Part shown: positions 29,231-37,957 of the stretch, one piece after another
Layout: every line of letters starts with the position of its first letter
How positions within the stretch are numbered: position 1 is the stretch's first letter
Assembly: GCA_947259585.1 (NCBI GenBank)
Contig: CAMYMV010000018.1
Coordinates: 15,415-79,414 of the forward strand
DNA from: an uncultured Gemmatimonadales bacterium
GTDB taxonomy: Bacteria; Gemmatimonadota; Gemmatimonadetes; Palauibacterales; Palauibacteraceae
Reading direction: 5' to 3'
Length of the DNA stretch: 64,000 nucleotides
The notes under the pieces: model-generated
Databases searched by the model: none
The model's input: only the letters and a program-made list of their open reading frames with translations
What the model was told of the DNA's origin: nothing
Program-made: the position numbers and the translations under genes

Positions 29231-29312
29231 GCTGCCAGCCAGCGGCTCTTTACGGGAGAACACCGGCTGACAGCTACCGACACACGAAACCCGCGAGGGG
29301 TCGCGTGCTTGG
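29231..29312 (+). ncRNA. Candidate structured leader, copy 1
   Basis: Two hairpins; homologous to 30925-31004. Confidence 0.4.
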
Positions 29313-29466
29313 CCGCATAACGTAGCTACCCTAAGTGCCGCGTCAACACGTCTTCCCTTTCGAGTCACGACGTGCGAGCCGATCGGTCGTCGCGACTCTG
29401 CGCCTGCTCCGTACCCGTTACCGAGGGCGGACGCATGGCAGCCTTGATCGGTGGGAGGTTCATTCG

Positions 29467-30504
29467 ATGACACGCCATATCATTCCTTGGCTGGTCGGGC
29501 CGTTGATCGTCTTTCTTTCCGCCTGCGAGCAGACAACAGCGCTCGAGGAGGTCGTGGCTTCGCCAGCGGTGGCCGCGGCCGACGCGACCAAAAGCTACGT
29601 GCCGGTGGACCTGGGCACCTTGGGTGGCAACCGCAGCTATGCCTGGGGCATCAACGATCGAGAGCAGGTTGTCGGGTTCAGTTACACCGCGGACTGGAGG
29701 GACCACGCCTTCCTGTGGGAGGACGGGGTGATGGAAGACCTGGGGGACCTGGGTGGCGACTGGAGCAGGGCCTACGGGATCAACAACCGCGGGCAGGTGT
29801 TCGGCTACGGCTACACCGCCGATGGGAAGACCCACGCCTTCCTGTGGGAGGACGGCGTGATGGAGGATCTGGGCACCCTGGGTGGCAGCCACAGCTATGC
29901 CACGGGGATCAACGACCCGGGGCAGGTCGTTGGGAGTAGCTACAACGCCGATGGGGAGTACCATGCGTTTCTTTGGGACAGCGGGGTGATGGAGGACCTG
30001 GGCGATCTGGGTAGCGGCTGGAGCGAGGCCAGAGCGATCAACAACCTCGGGCAGGTGGTCGGCTACAGCTACGCCGCCGATGGGGAGCTCCGGGCCTTCC
30101 TGTGGCAGGACGGGGTGATGGAGGACCTAGGGGACCTGGGTGGCGACTGGAGCAGGGCCTACGGGATCAACGAACGAGGGCAGGTGGTTGGGTACGGTGA
30201 CACCGCGGACGGAAAAACCCACGCCTTCCTGTGGCAGGACGGGGTGATGGAAGACCTGGGCACCCTGGGTGGCGACCACATCCGTATCGAAGCCTACGGG
30301 ATCAACGAACGGGGGCAGGTCGTCGGCCACAGCGGCACCGCCGGGGGAGGACTCCACGCCTTCCTGTGGGAGGACGGCGTGATGGAGGATCTGGGCACCC
30401 TGGAAGGTCACATAACCTTCGCCCTGGGCATCAACCATCGGGGACAGGTGGTCGGGGGAGCTGGCACTAAAGTCACGTGGCACGCAACCCTCTGGACGCG
30501 GTGA
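29467..30504 (+). CDS. HAF-repeat extracellular lipoprotein
   Basis: LSAC lipobox; seven repeats of DLGTLGG..S.AYGIN..GQVVG...HAFLW. Confidence 0.9.
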   Translation: MTRHIIPWLVGPLIVFLSACEQTTALEEVVASPAVAAADATKSYVPVDLGTLGGNRSYAWGINDREQVVGFSYTADWRDHAFLWEDGVMEDLGDLGGDWSRAYGINNRGQVFGYGYTADGKTHAFLWEDGVMEDLGTLGGSHSYATGINDPGQVVGSSYNADGEYHAFLWDSGVMEDLGDLGSGWSEARAINNLGQVVGYSYAADGELRAFLWQDGVMEDLGDLGGDWSRAYGINERGQVVGYGDTADGKTHAFLWQDGVMEDLGTLGGDHIRIEAYGINERGQVVGHSGTAGGGLHAFLWEDGVMEDLGTLEGHITFALGINHRGQVVGGAGTKVTWHATLWTR

Positions 30505-30516
30505 CCCGGCAGATAC

Positions 30517-30648
30517 AAAGGGGCGGTTCCTTCGGGGCCGCCTCTGCCTACATCTGCGACCTTTCACGCGGTCCATCGCGGCCCTTCCAGGCTCCTGACC
30601 AGAGTCTCCGACCATACGCCGCAGAATAGAGGTTCTCCTGACTTGCGG
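30517..30648 (+). repeat. Inter-cassette element R2 with terminator-like hairpin
   Basis: GGGGCGGTTCCTTCGGGGCCGCC hairpin, then CGCGGCCCTTCCAGGCTCCTGACCAGAGTCTCCGACCATACGCCGCAGAATAGAGGTTCTCCTGACTTGCGG. Confidence 0.88.
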
Positions 30649-30924
30649 TCGGCAATGATAGGGGTCATGGTCAGCAAATAACGAAAGTGGGCCTCTTTCC
30701 GCGCCCGCTTCTGAGGTACAAAAAGATGTTCCCGGCAACGGCAGCAGTTCGACCTGCCCCGGACCCCGCCGGACTCCCGGCGCAGCCCTGCGCCATGATG
30801 CACTCCTCTGCCACTCTCGCGAACCGTAATCACTACTGTCTCACGCCCCAAGCGGAACCGTCGTAGGCAAGCGTCCGAGCGTCCGTGGGGGCGCTTTGCC
30901 GTCATAAATCAAAAAAGAAAAAGG

Positions 30925-31004
30925 GCTGCCGGCCAGCGACTCGTCGCGGAGAACACCGGCTGACAGCCCAGATACACGGAACCTGCAAGGGGCTCCGTGC
31001 TTGG
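30925..31004 (+). ncRNA. Candidate structured leader, copy 2
   Basis: Homologous to 29231-29312 with pairing-preserving changes. Confidence 0.4.
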
Positions 31005-31146
31005 TCCGGGTGGCGGGGCTGCTTTTCGCTGGTAGGCCTGCGTTAGAGCCACGACGTGTTGTGCCGGTGGCACGCCACGACTCTCCGTCTGCCACGCACT
31101 TGCGACGCGCATGCGTCAATCATCGACAGAAAGGCGAGTTGTAAGC

Positions 31147-32583
31147 ATGAGGCGTTTTGTTCTATTCGCACTGCTGTGCTGCGTGGCCGAAGGCGCCATG
31201 CTCGTGGGCTGTGGCGACGACTCCACCGGGCCCGAGCCCGAGCCCGAGCCCCAGCCCCAAATGCTCTCCTTCGCCGCGATAGCGGGCGAGTGGACGGGTA
31301 CCGTCACGCAACCGAGTCCCCCAATGGCCTATGTCACGGTGCTCACGCTGGAGACGGAGGCCCAGTTCGACTCGCCGGTGGGAACGATCGAGTACACCGA
31401 GCTGTGCGGTGGGCGCCTGTATGCCCAGCAGGCCAGTGAGCCCAACTACAGGGTCTCGGAACACCTTACGTACGGGATCGAGCGGTGCATCAATGGGGGT
31501 AAGATCACTCTGACTCACGACCCGGTGGCCGGCACGCTCAGTTATCAGTGGCGCCTGGGCGGCATCGGATCCTCGGGGGTTCTGACTCGGCCGCGAGCCC
31601 CGCTCCCGGGTGGGACTGTCGCTTACACGGCTACCGACCTCGGCACCTTGAACGGCAGCGATGGCTGGAGCGCTGCGACGGACATAAGTGACCTGACCGG
31701 AGGGACGCTGCGGATCGCCGGCACGAGCGCCGTGGGCGCAAACGTCGAGACGGTTGCCGTGCGCTGGGAGGTGAATGAGAGCGGGGATGTGGACGGGCCG
31801 CTCCTTCTACCGCTGAGCGACGGTTTCTCTGCTGCGGACGCTCGAGGCATCAGTGATGACGGTCTCATCATCGTGGGCCATGCCGAGAACCTGCCCGTCC
31901 GGTGGGATCGTGAGGCGAGCTGGGCCATGACAGAGCTCGTACCGTATGACGGTTACGAGTACGGTGGCGTGTTCGACGTCAACAACGACGGGGCAGGGGT
32001 CGGCTGGAGCACGAGCGGGTCCCAGACTCCGGTCCGCGTGGCGACTCGTTGGGACGGGCTCGAATCGCCAATCAGGCTTCCCAATCCAATCCACCCTAAC
32101 GGGGTCAGCAGGGCCCGCGGCATAAACAACAGCGGCATCGTGGCGGGTGAAGTCTGGGATGCGAACAACGTCTCGGCGCAGGCCATCCTCTGGTTGCCTG
32201 ACGACACTTGGTGCACGCTCGGTCCCGGTATTGCCCACGACCTGACCGATACGAGCGATGGAACGATTCTCGTCGCCGTTTCGGTGGACGCCACCATGGC
32301 CAAGGTCTGGAAAGTCACCGTGAGCTCGTGCGACGTCACCGAGTGGGAGCTGGGCTCCTCCCAGGTTGCCTTTGATGTCAGGGCCACGGAGGGGGGCTGG
32401 GAGGCCGTCGGGATGAAGGCCGATGCACCCATGGTGTGGGCCTACGACGGCACTGAACTTACCGCGACGCAGCTCGCGGACGACCTCAAGGCCCGTGGCA
32501 TCAACCAAGCTGGCGAGATCGTCGGGCGGTCCATGGTGAACGGAGCTTGGCACGGCATCCTGTGGACGCCGACCCAACCCTGA
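31147..32583 (+). CDS. Lipoprotein with N-terminal beta-domain and degenerate HAF-like propeller
   Basis: LVGC lipobox, PEPEP linker, DLGTLNG, ARGINNSGIVAG, WHGILWT. Confidence 0.8.
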   Translation: MRRFVLFALLCCVAEGAMLVGCGDDSTGPEPEPEPQPQMLSFAAIAGEWTGTVTQPSPPMAYVTVLTLETEAQFDSPVGTIEYTELCGGRLYAQQASEPNYRVSEHLTYGIERCINGGKITLTHDPVAGTLSYQWRLGGIGSSGVLTRPRAPLPGGTVAYTATDLGTLNGSDGWSAATDISDLTGGTLRIAGTSAVGANVETVAVRWEVNESGDVDGPLLLPLSDGFSAADARGISDDGLIIVGHAENLPVRWDREASWAMTELVPYDGYEYGGVFDVNNDGAGVGWSTSGSQTPVRVATRWDGLESPIRLPNPIHPNGVSRARGINNSGIVAGEVWDANNVSAQAILWLPDDTWCTLGPGIAHDLTDTSDGTILVAVSVDATMAKVWKVTVSSCDVTEWELGSSQVAFDVRATEGGWEAVGMKADAPMVWAYDGTELTATQLADDLKARGINQAGEIVGRSMVNGAWHGILWTPTQP

Positions 32584-32602
32584 GGTCGCCGATCCGTACA
32601 GC

Positions 32603-32734
32603 AAGGGGCGGTTCCTTCGGGGCCGCCCCCGCCCGCATCTAGGGACCTGGTTACGCGCGTAACAACGCGGCCCCTCCAGGCTCCTGACCAGAGTCTCCGA
32701 CCATACGCCGCAGAATAGAGGTTCTCCCGACTTG
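32603..32734 (+). repeat. Inter-cassette element R3 (most complete copy)
   Basis: Hairpin + GTTACGCGCGTAAC + core near-identical to R2. Confidence 0.88.
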
Positions 32735-32866
32735 GGGGGGCTCATCCTTGCGCCAGGCTTGTGACTGAGCAAACAGGCTCCGTGGAAGTCAGACCCACGT
32801 CCTCGATCACGTTTCTCAACAGCGACGGAAACGTAGTGTGGAAGGCACCGTAGCTGAGGTTTCGGC

Positions 32867-32980
32867 GTGAAGGTCTCACGCGAGACGGACCGAACCGTTC
32901 GCTGGCTGATCGTTGGGCTGCTTGCTCTCCAACTGGTCGGCGTCCTACTGTTTCTTATCTGGGTGTTCTTCTTCCAGTAG
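32867..32980 (+). CDS. 37-aa single-pass membrane microprotein
   Basis: GAGGT RBS, GTG start, MKVSRETDRTVRWLIVGLLALQLVGVLLFLIWVFFFQ. Confidence 0.5.
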   Translation: MKVSRETDRTVRWLIVGLLALQLVGVLLFLIWVFFFQ

Positions 32981-33007
32981 GTTCCAGCCGTCGAGTCCCG
33001 TCGCGCG

Positions 33008-33087
33008 CTCCACGCCCCTGATCTCGTCCTCCGACCATACGCAAGCGCATAGATACGCCGAAGAATAGAGGTTCTCCCGACTTGCGG
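33008..33087 (+). repeat. Inter-cassette element R4
   Basis: CTCCACGCCCCTGATCTCGTCCTCCGACCATACGC-[16-bp insertion ending in duplicated ATACGC]-CGAAGAATAGAGGTTCTCCCGACTTGCGG. Confidence 0.85.
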
Positions 33088-33243
33088 CGGCCCATCCGCA
33101 GTAGAAGTGTAAACAGCACGAGGGCTTACGCCCTCCAAGCTGCTCGGTGGTCGCTGACTGCGCCGAGCAGACGCCCCAGCAGGACGCCTGCCCGACCGCA
33201 CCTCCCCGAACTGCGACATACCCTGCACCTGCGGGAGGTCACG

Positions 33244-33789
33244 ATGACTATTCGGAGAAGTGCCCCTTTCGCGATAGCCCTCCTTCTGACCTTTGCCTCT
33301 GCGCTCCAAGCCTCTGACACGACGTTCGTTAGCCAGGGCGCTCGGGTAAAGCTGTTTCCCGCCCAGCCCAGCGCAAAGACGATCACCGGCAACGTCACCG
33401 ACCTCGCGTCTGACACCCTCGTTATCGTGCCAGAAGGTGGTGGGGAGGCCCTCACGTTTGATCGCCGTGACCTGCGCAAGATAGAAGTCTCGCAGGGAAG
33501 CAAGGGAAATGCGCTCCTTGGCCTTGGTGTCGGTGCCGGTGTGGGTATTGGACTCGCTCTCGCCGTGTGCTCGGCAGACGATTGGACCTATTGCGCCTAT
33601 GACGACTCCGATGGCACGGGCGCTTTTGCAGCCATCGGAGCGGCTCTGTTCGGCGCGATTGGAGCCGGTGCAGGAGCCCTGATCAAGACGGAGCGGTGGA
33701 ATGAGGCGGAGTTTCCTGCGTCACCGTCTGTAGCCCTCAACGTCGGTAAGGACGGCTCGGTCCGGCTGGCCTTCTCGCTACAACTCTGA
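33244..33789 (+). CDS. Secreted hypothetical protein with glycine-zipper hairpin
   Basis: GGAGG RBS, signal peptide, GLGVGAGVGIG and GAALFGAIGAGAGALI. Confidence 0.75.
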   Translation: MTIRRSAPFAIALLLTFASALQASDTTFVSQGARVKLFPAQPSAKTITGNVTDLASDTLVIVPEGGGEALTFDRRDLRKIEVSQGSKGNALLGLGVGAGVGIGLALAVCSADDWTYCAYDDSDGTGAFAAIGAALFGAIGAGAGALIKTERWNEAEFPASPSVALNVGKDGSVRLAFSLQL

Positions 33790-33803
33790 CTTGGGAGGTC
33801 ATC

Positions 33804-34523
33804 ATGTTCCGCATTCATCGAACGACGCCTAGCCGTAGGAAGGCAAAGCCTGTCTTGCTGATTTCTCTAATAGCGCTGATCGCCGTCTGGGCATATGCCT
33901 GTGACGGAACAGCGCCCACGGAATCCGCGGTCGTGGCTGCAGATGCAACCTTCAAGTCTCAGGGCAAGCGACCAAGGCTGAGCAGCACGTTCGACAAGGG
34001 GGCTGACGGGTGGACGATCGCCGGGGACGGCGATGACGCCATGACAGGCTGGTGGCCGTTGTCGCTTCAGCCCAGCTACGATCCGGCGGGAGGCAATCCG
34101 GGCGGTGCCGTCTACGCGGTTGATCGTGGGCGAGGTGGGGCTTGGTTCTGGCACGCGCCGCCCAAGTTCCTGGGGAATCGTCGTGGTGCCCACCGCGGAA
34201 CCCTAGAGTTCGACATCAGGATAGAGCCGGCCGGCCCGACCAACAATTACGCAGACGTTGTCCTGGCCGGCGCTGGGCTGACCCTTATGGTCGATGCCGG
34301 ACCCGAGCCTACTACGACTCAATGGACCCACTACAGTGTCCGCCTAGACGCTGGAGCCGGTTGGCGTCACAGAGACCTTTGGGGCCCGCGCGCTACTGAG
34401 GAGGAGATCCGAGCCGTCCTCAAAGATCTGACGGTCCTTCTCATCCGAGGAGAGTTCATCACTGGCGATGATACGGGATATCTGGACAACGTCAGGATCC
34501 TCCCACCGGGTAAGGGCACCTGA
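33804..34523 (+). CDS. Laminin B (domain IV)-like lipoprotein
   Basis: AYAC lipobox; WFWHAPPKFLGN...GTLEF, VL.DLT.LLIRGEF, LDNV. Confidence 0.75.
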   Translation: MFRIHRTTPSRRKAKPVLLISLIALIAVWAYACDGTAPTESAVVAADATFKSQGKRPRLSSTFDKGADGWTIAGDGDDAMTGWWPLSLQPSYDPAGGNPGGAVYAVDRGRGGAWFWHAPPKFLGNRRGAHRGTLEFDIRIEPAGPTNNYADVVLAGAGLTLMVDAGPEPTTTQWTHYSVRLDAGAGWRHRDLWGPRATEEEIRAVLKDLTVLLIRGEFITGDDTGYLDNVRILPPGKGT

Positions 34524-34540
34524 AAGAGCTATTGGGCAGC

Positions 34541-34627
34541 GGGGGCGGTTCCTTCGGGGCCGCCCCTGGCCGCATATACGAACCTACACGCGCGTAACAG
34601 CCCCTCCACGCTCCTGATCTCGTCCTC
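34541..34627 (+). repeat. Inter-cassette element R5
   Basis: Hairpin + ACGCGCGTAACA + GCCCCTCCACGCTCCTGATCTCGTCCTC. Confidence 0.85.
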
Positions 34628-34724
34628 GCTGCCTTGCAACTGGGGGTTCGGTCCACCACCCTGATCCGCAGCAGAATCGCGTGTCCGTTAGGCAGAAACA
34701 CCTCAGATAAGCAGAGCACATCCG

Positions 34725-35306
34725 ATGTGGACCGTATGGCTTATACTCGGGTTCGCCCTAGCGATCTTCGCCGCCACGATCGTGCTCCTTTGGCCTGACC
34801 TGCGCGCTGCCCCCCGTGGCTGGCAACTGCTCGCTGCATCTGGCCTCCCCCTGGCCCTCGGTGGTCTCGGATTCGCTATCCGGTTCTGGGACCCGACGCC
34901 AGGCCCGTACCTAGCTAACGAACTCTACCCGTTCGGCACCCTGCTGAATGCCTGGGCGGTGTCCTTCGGCTTTATGTGGCTCGCGTTCGGTCTGGCTCTC
35001 TTCGCCTTCGCCGTTCGAGACCGACACTCTGGCCGCACCTGGCTCGCGCTCCTGGTAGCGTGGGCGCTCGCTTGGTTGCCGCATGGGGTAATCGGTATCG
35101 CCTTTGCGGTGGCCGGCTCCAACCAACCCAGCATTGACCTGTACCGCGGGTGGGGCTCCGAGTGGGGTGGTTTCCTCACCCTCGTCGGCGGCAGTGTCGT
35201 CCTCCTGGCCCACTTCGTCATGAGCGTGCTCGGTTTTGCCCTGAGCGGCCTTGATCTGCGGCGTCCCGGCACAGGCGTCTCCGAGAAGCCGGAGGTTTCT
35301 GCCTAG
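34725..35306 (+). CDS. Hypothetical multi-pass membrane protein
   Basis: About five hydrophobic segments. Confidence 0.7.
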   Translation: MWTVWLILGFALAIFAATIVLLWPDLRAAPRGWQLLAASGLPLALGGLGFAIRFWDPTPGPYLANELYPFGTLLNAWAVSFGFMWLAFGLALFAFAVRDRHSGRTWLALLVAWALAWLPHGVIGIAFAVAGSNQPSIDLYRGWGSEWGGFLTLVGGSVVLLAHFVMSVLGFALSGLDLRRPGTGVSEKPEVSA

Positions 35307-35379
35307 GGGCCGCCCCATCCACAGCCACGAACCTGTTACGCGCGCAACAACGCGGCCCCTCCACGCTCCTGATCTCGTC
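35306..35379 (+). repeat. Inter-cassette element R6
   Basis: Right arm of the hairpin (GGGGCCGCCCC) + TGTTACGCGCGCAACAACGCGGCCCCTCCACGCTCCTGATCTCGT. Confidence 0.85.
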
Positions 35380-35517
35380 TCCTTGTGCCAACTCAACAGA
35401 AGGTTCCGCCCAGGTTGCTTATTGGCAGGGCCGACGAACGGACTCTTGACGCTCCTCCATGGCCAGAGGAGCTTCAGTCTGCCAATTACGATGAGCTTTT
35501 CATCAAGGGAGGTATCT

Positions 35518-35717
35518 ATGCGTCGCTCCACGCCCTTCATCTACTCGTCTTTGCTGCTCTAATTGCAGCGCCCGCAGCCGCCCAAACGAATCAGGAAGTG
35601 GCTGATCAAGTGATCGCGCTTGCCAAAGCCCAATGGGCCGCCGAGATGGCCAATGCTTCTGCCGCCGAAATACTCAAAGACATGGCCGCCGCCGAGAGCT
35701 TTCGCGGAGACGGTTGA
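35518..35717 (+). pseudogene. Frameshifted, truncated secreted-protein remnant
   Basis: Strong RBS + ATG 35518; signal peptide continues in another frame (LIAAPAAAQTNQEVADQVIALAKAQWAAEM) then breaks off. Confidence 0.55.
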
Positions 35718-35818
35718 GCAGGTTCGTCGCGGTCACGACAACAGGCCGTGCTTGAAATGGGAGCATCGGGCGCGTCGTTGAGCGTGGGGCGAGCGCGATT
35801 GGCGACCGGGAACGCGCC

Positions 35819-36895
35819 ATGACTACGTCCTCCCTTGAAGCTTTCATTCGAACCGCAAGGAGCATCGTTGGCCGGGATGCGTGTAATCCACTCTCTCTTG
35901 AAGATATTTACTCCCTCGCCTACCAACTTGGATTGAGTGGTGTGCTGTTTCTTGAGAAGTTGGAGGACAGCCGACATGTGACCGTCCTGTTGGGTCTGGA
36001 TGAGAGCAGCGTGGTACTCTATGATCCGCTGTCCGGGGTTAGAGTCAAAGCCTGCAACGAGACGCAGTTAGGAATGTACTCCAAGCCGGTAGGATCGCTT
36101 CGGGACGAGTTCCGGGAATATGAGCAGCAATTCGCGCCAGAAGAATGCTCGGATGTCTGGGCACAGCATAGGCACACGGGGAAGCTGCTATCGAGCTTCC
36201 TCGGGCAACATAGTGAGTTCAGGCTCGCCTGTTCCGCAGGCGCGTCAACCGTTGCCAGTCCTGTTGATCTTCCGGCTCTTCAAGACGAATCACGGCGTTC
36301 AGACTGTGCACCGATTTGTCTATTCGTCATGTCTCTTATGCACCCCACCACAGGAGACGCAGCGAAGGAATCCGCTATGGCTATCCAGATACTTGTCACC
36401 GGAGGAACATTCGACAAGGAGTATGACGAGTTGGGAGGAAGGCTTGTCTTCAGGGAGACGCATGTACAGGAGATGCTCAAGCTGGGTCGATGCAAACAGA
36501 AGGTAGACATTCGTACGTTGATGATGGTTGACAGTCTCCAAATGACCAGTGCCGAGCGAGAAGTGCTCGCGGAGAGTTGCCGGGAGTGCAAAGGGGAGCG
36601 GATCGTCATCACCCACGGCACAGATTCCATGGAGGTGACAGCCAGCGTTCTGGGGCGAGCCATCAAGAACAAGACAATCGTTCTCACCGGGGCGATGGTG
36701 CCCTACAAGTTTGGGAGTTCCGACGGCCTCTTCAATCTGGGTAGTGCGCTGGCATTCGCGCAGAGTCTACCGGCGGGCGTGTATATCGCGATGAACGGTA
36801 GGTGTCTCGCATGGAACAAGGTCCGGAAGAACAAGGAAACCGGCGAGTTTGAAGAGATCACATCGACTATCCGCCGATCACAGGCGGGAACGTGA
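35819..36895 (+). CDS. Putative cysteine-protease-like domain fused to an asparaginase N-terminal domain
   Basis: From 36377: TGGTFDK, HGTDSM, LTGAM, SSDGLFN asparaginase motifs; N part has H...D...Q...DC motif order. Confidence 0.75.
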   Translation: MTTSSLEAFIRTARSIVGRDACNPLSLEDIYSLAYQLGLSGVLFLEKLEDSRHVTVLLGLDESSVVLYDPLSGVRVKACNETQLGMYSKPVGSLRDEFREYEQQFAPEECSDVWAQHRHTGKLLSSFLGQHSEFRLACSAGASTVASPVDLPALQDESRRSDCAPICLFVMSLMHPTTGDAAKESAMAIQILVTGGTFDKEYDELGGRLVFRETHVQEMLKLGRCKQKVDIRTLMMVDSLQMTSAEREVLAESCRECKGERIVITHGTDSMEVTASVLGRAIKNKTIVLTGAMVPYKFGSSDGLFNLGSALAFAQSLPAGVYIAMNGRCLAWNKVRKNKETGEFEEITSTIRRSQAGT

Positions 36896-36984
36896 CCTAT
36901 AAGCGGGCACCAAGCACGCATAAGCGGCGTACAAGTTGTCCCGTGTTTGCTGGGTATGAACGAGGTGTGCCAAGCCCGGAACGA

Positions 36985-37032
36985 ACTCTTAATCCGTAGG
37001 TTCGGGGTTCGATTCCCTGGCGGCGCATTTTT
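36985..37032 (+). repeat. att site copy 2 (duplicated tRNA-Lys 3' end)
   Basis: Identical to 26490-26537. Confidence 0.92.
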
Positions 37033-37221
37033 CCCTCCAGCGGCTTACCGCGTTTCCCACATCGCTTCTCAACTGGTCGCCGACTTAGCCGTCGGGCTCA
37101 AGCGGGCCGACGCTCTTAACACTCGCGGCAGGTGAAAACTCTGCCGGTCTTCGCAAGTAATGGTGAACTGCACCTCAACTCCCAAGCCTGCAAGTGAGCA
37201 TTCGCGCCCAAGTTCGGTAAC

Positions 37222-37237
37222 TGGCACACCTCTGGCT
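37222..37237 (+). promoter_or_regulatory. Possible sigma54 promoter
   Basis: TGGCAC-ACCTC-TGGCT, GG-N10-GC spacing. Confidence 0.4.
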
Positions 37238-37295
37238 CAGTCTTAGGAGTAGGGCCGCCGAGATCGGCAGCCGGACCGAGAAGCCAGGGGGATCG

Positions 37296-37715
37296 ATGCG
37301 ACCGAGAACCGTGATGTTAATGGCCGCCCTAACGGCAGCCACCGCGTGTTCGAGTAGCTCCAGCAACAGTCCTCCAGAGCCAAAGCCGTCAGCCCGCAGC
37401 GCGCCTGTCTCATCGGGCACCGTGCGGACTTCGACCTCTACAGCGGCCACGCTCGGCATTCCACCGGGTCATCTCCCTCCGCCTGGAGAGTGTCGTATTT
37501 GGGTGCCCGGAACACCACCGGGGCACCAGCGAGACGCTGGAGCCTGCTCGACTCTTGAACGGCAGGTACCGCAGGGCGCATGGTTGATTCACCGACCCTC
37601 CAAGGACAAGAAAGTGGTGAATGTGTGGGTCTACGACTCCCAGGGTTCGCTGCCCACGGTGATGCGCATCTTCGATGTGGTGACCGGAGCGTTGATTGGC
37701 GAGGAGCTACTCTAG
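37296..37715 (+). CDS. Hypothetical lipoprotein
   Basis: ATAC lipobox; GIPPGHLPPPGECRIW.PG.PPGHQ motif. Confidence 0.75.
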   Translation: MRPRTVMLMAALTAATACSSSSSNSPPEPKPSARSAPVSSGTVRTSTSTAATLGIPPGHLPPPGECRIWVPGTPPGHQRDAGACSTLERQVPQGAWLIHRPSKDKKVVNVWVYDSQGSLPTVMRIFDVVTGALIGEELL

Positions 37716-37957
37716 CTGGGAGGAGTGCGAAATGGATTGAGACTCCCCGGTAAGTCCACGGACGGGAATGATCATAAAGGTGGGGCTGGCGTATGTGCTC
37801 TGGATCTGGCTCTTCGCCCTCGTCAAGCTGACTTTGATCGTCTTCTAAGAAGTGCCCTAGATTGTGGCGGTCACGGTGTGCCCCGACGCCGAACGCCACT
37901 CCCGCAGCGCCTCCAGCTTCCCGCGCTCGATATGCAGACCGATCCTTGCCGACGGCG

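Larger units (their letters stand above)
26490..37032. mobile_element. Genomic island integrated at tRNA-Lys(CTT)
   Basis: 48-bp direct repeat at both ends, adjacent tyrosine integrase, cargo visibly less GC-rich. Confidence 0.9.

Noticed and set aside
29590-30460. ~130-bp tandem repeats as a DGR or CRISPR
   Set aside because: They are in-frame HAF propeller blades, and there is no reverse transcriptase in the window.
32640-32734. Minus-strand translation KSGEPLFCGVWSE...RS.EGPR as a real protein (faintly like a phage portal C-terminus)
   Set aside because: Copies differ by frame-breaking indels (R1, R4, R6) and no longer ORF supports it; not fully excluded without a search.
31807-33309. 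500-aa minus-strand ORF and similar long antisense ORFs throughout
   Set aside because: High-GC shadow frames opposite well-supported genes, with no recognisable motifs.
28854-35379. Inter-cassette repeats as a CRISPR array
   Set aside because: Spacing is 0.3-2.1 kb with whole genes in between, the repeats are long and degenerate, and there are no cas genes.
28854-35379. Repeats as classical integron attC sites
   Set aside because: No RYYYAAC...GTTRRRY ends and no full-length imperfect palindrome.
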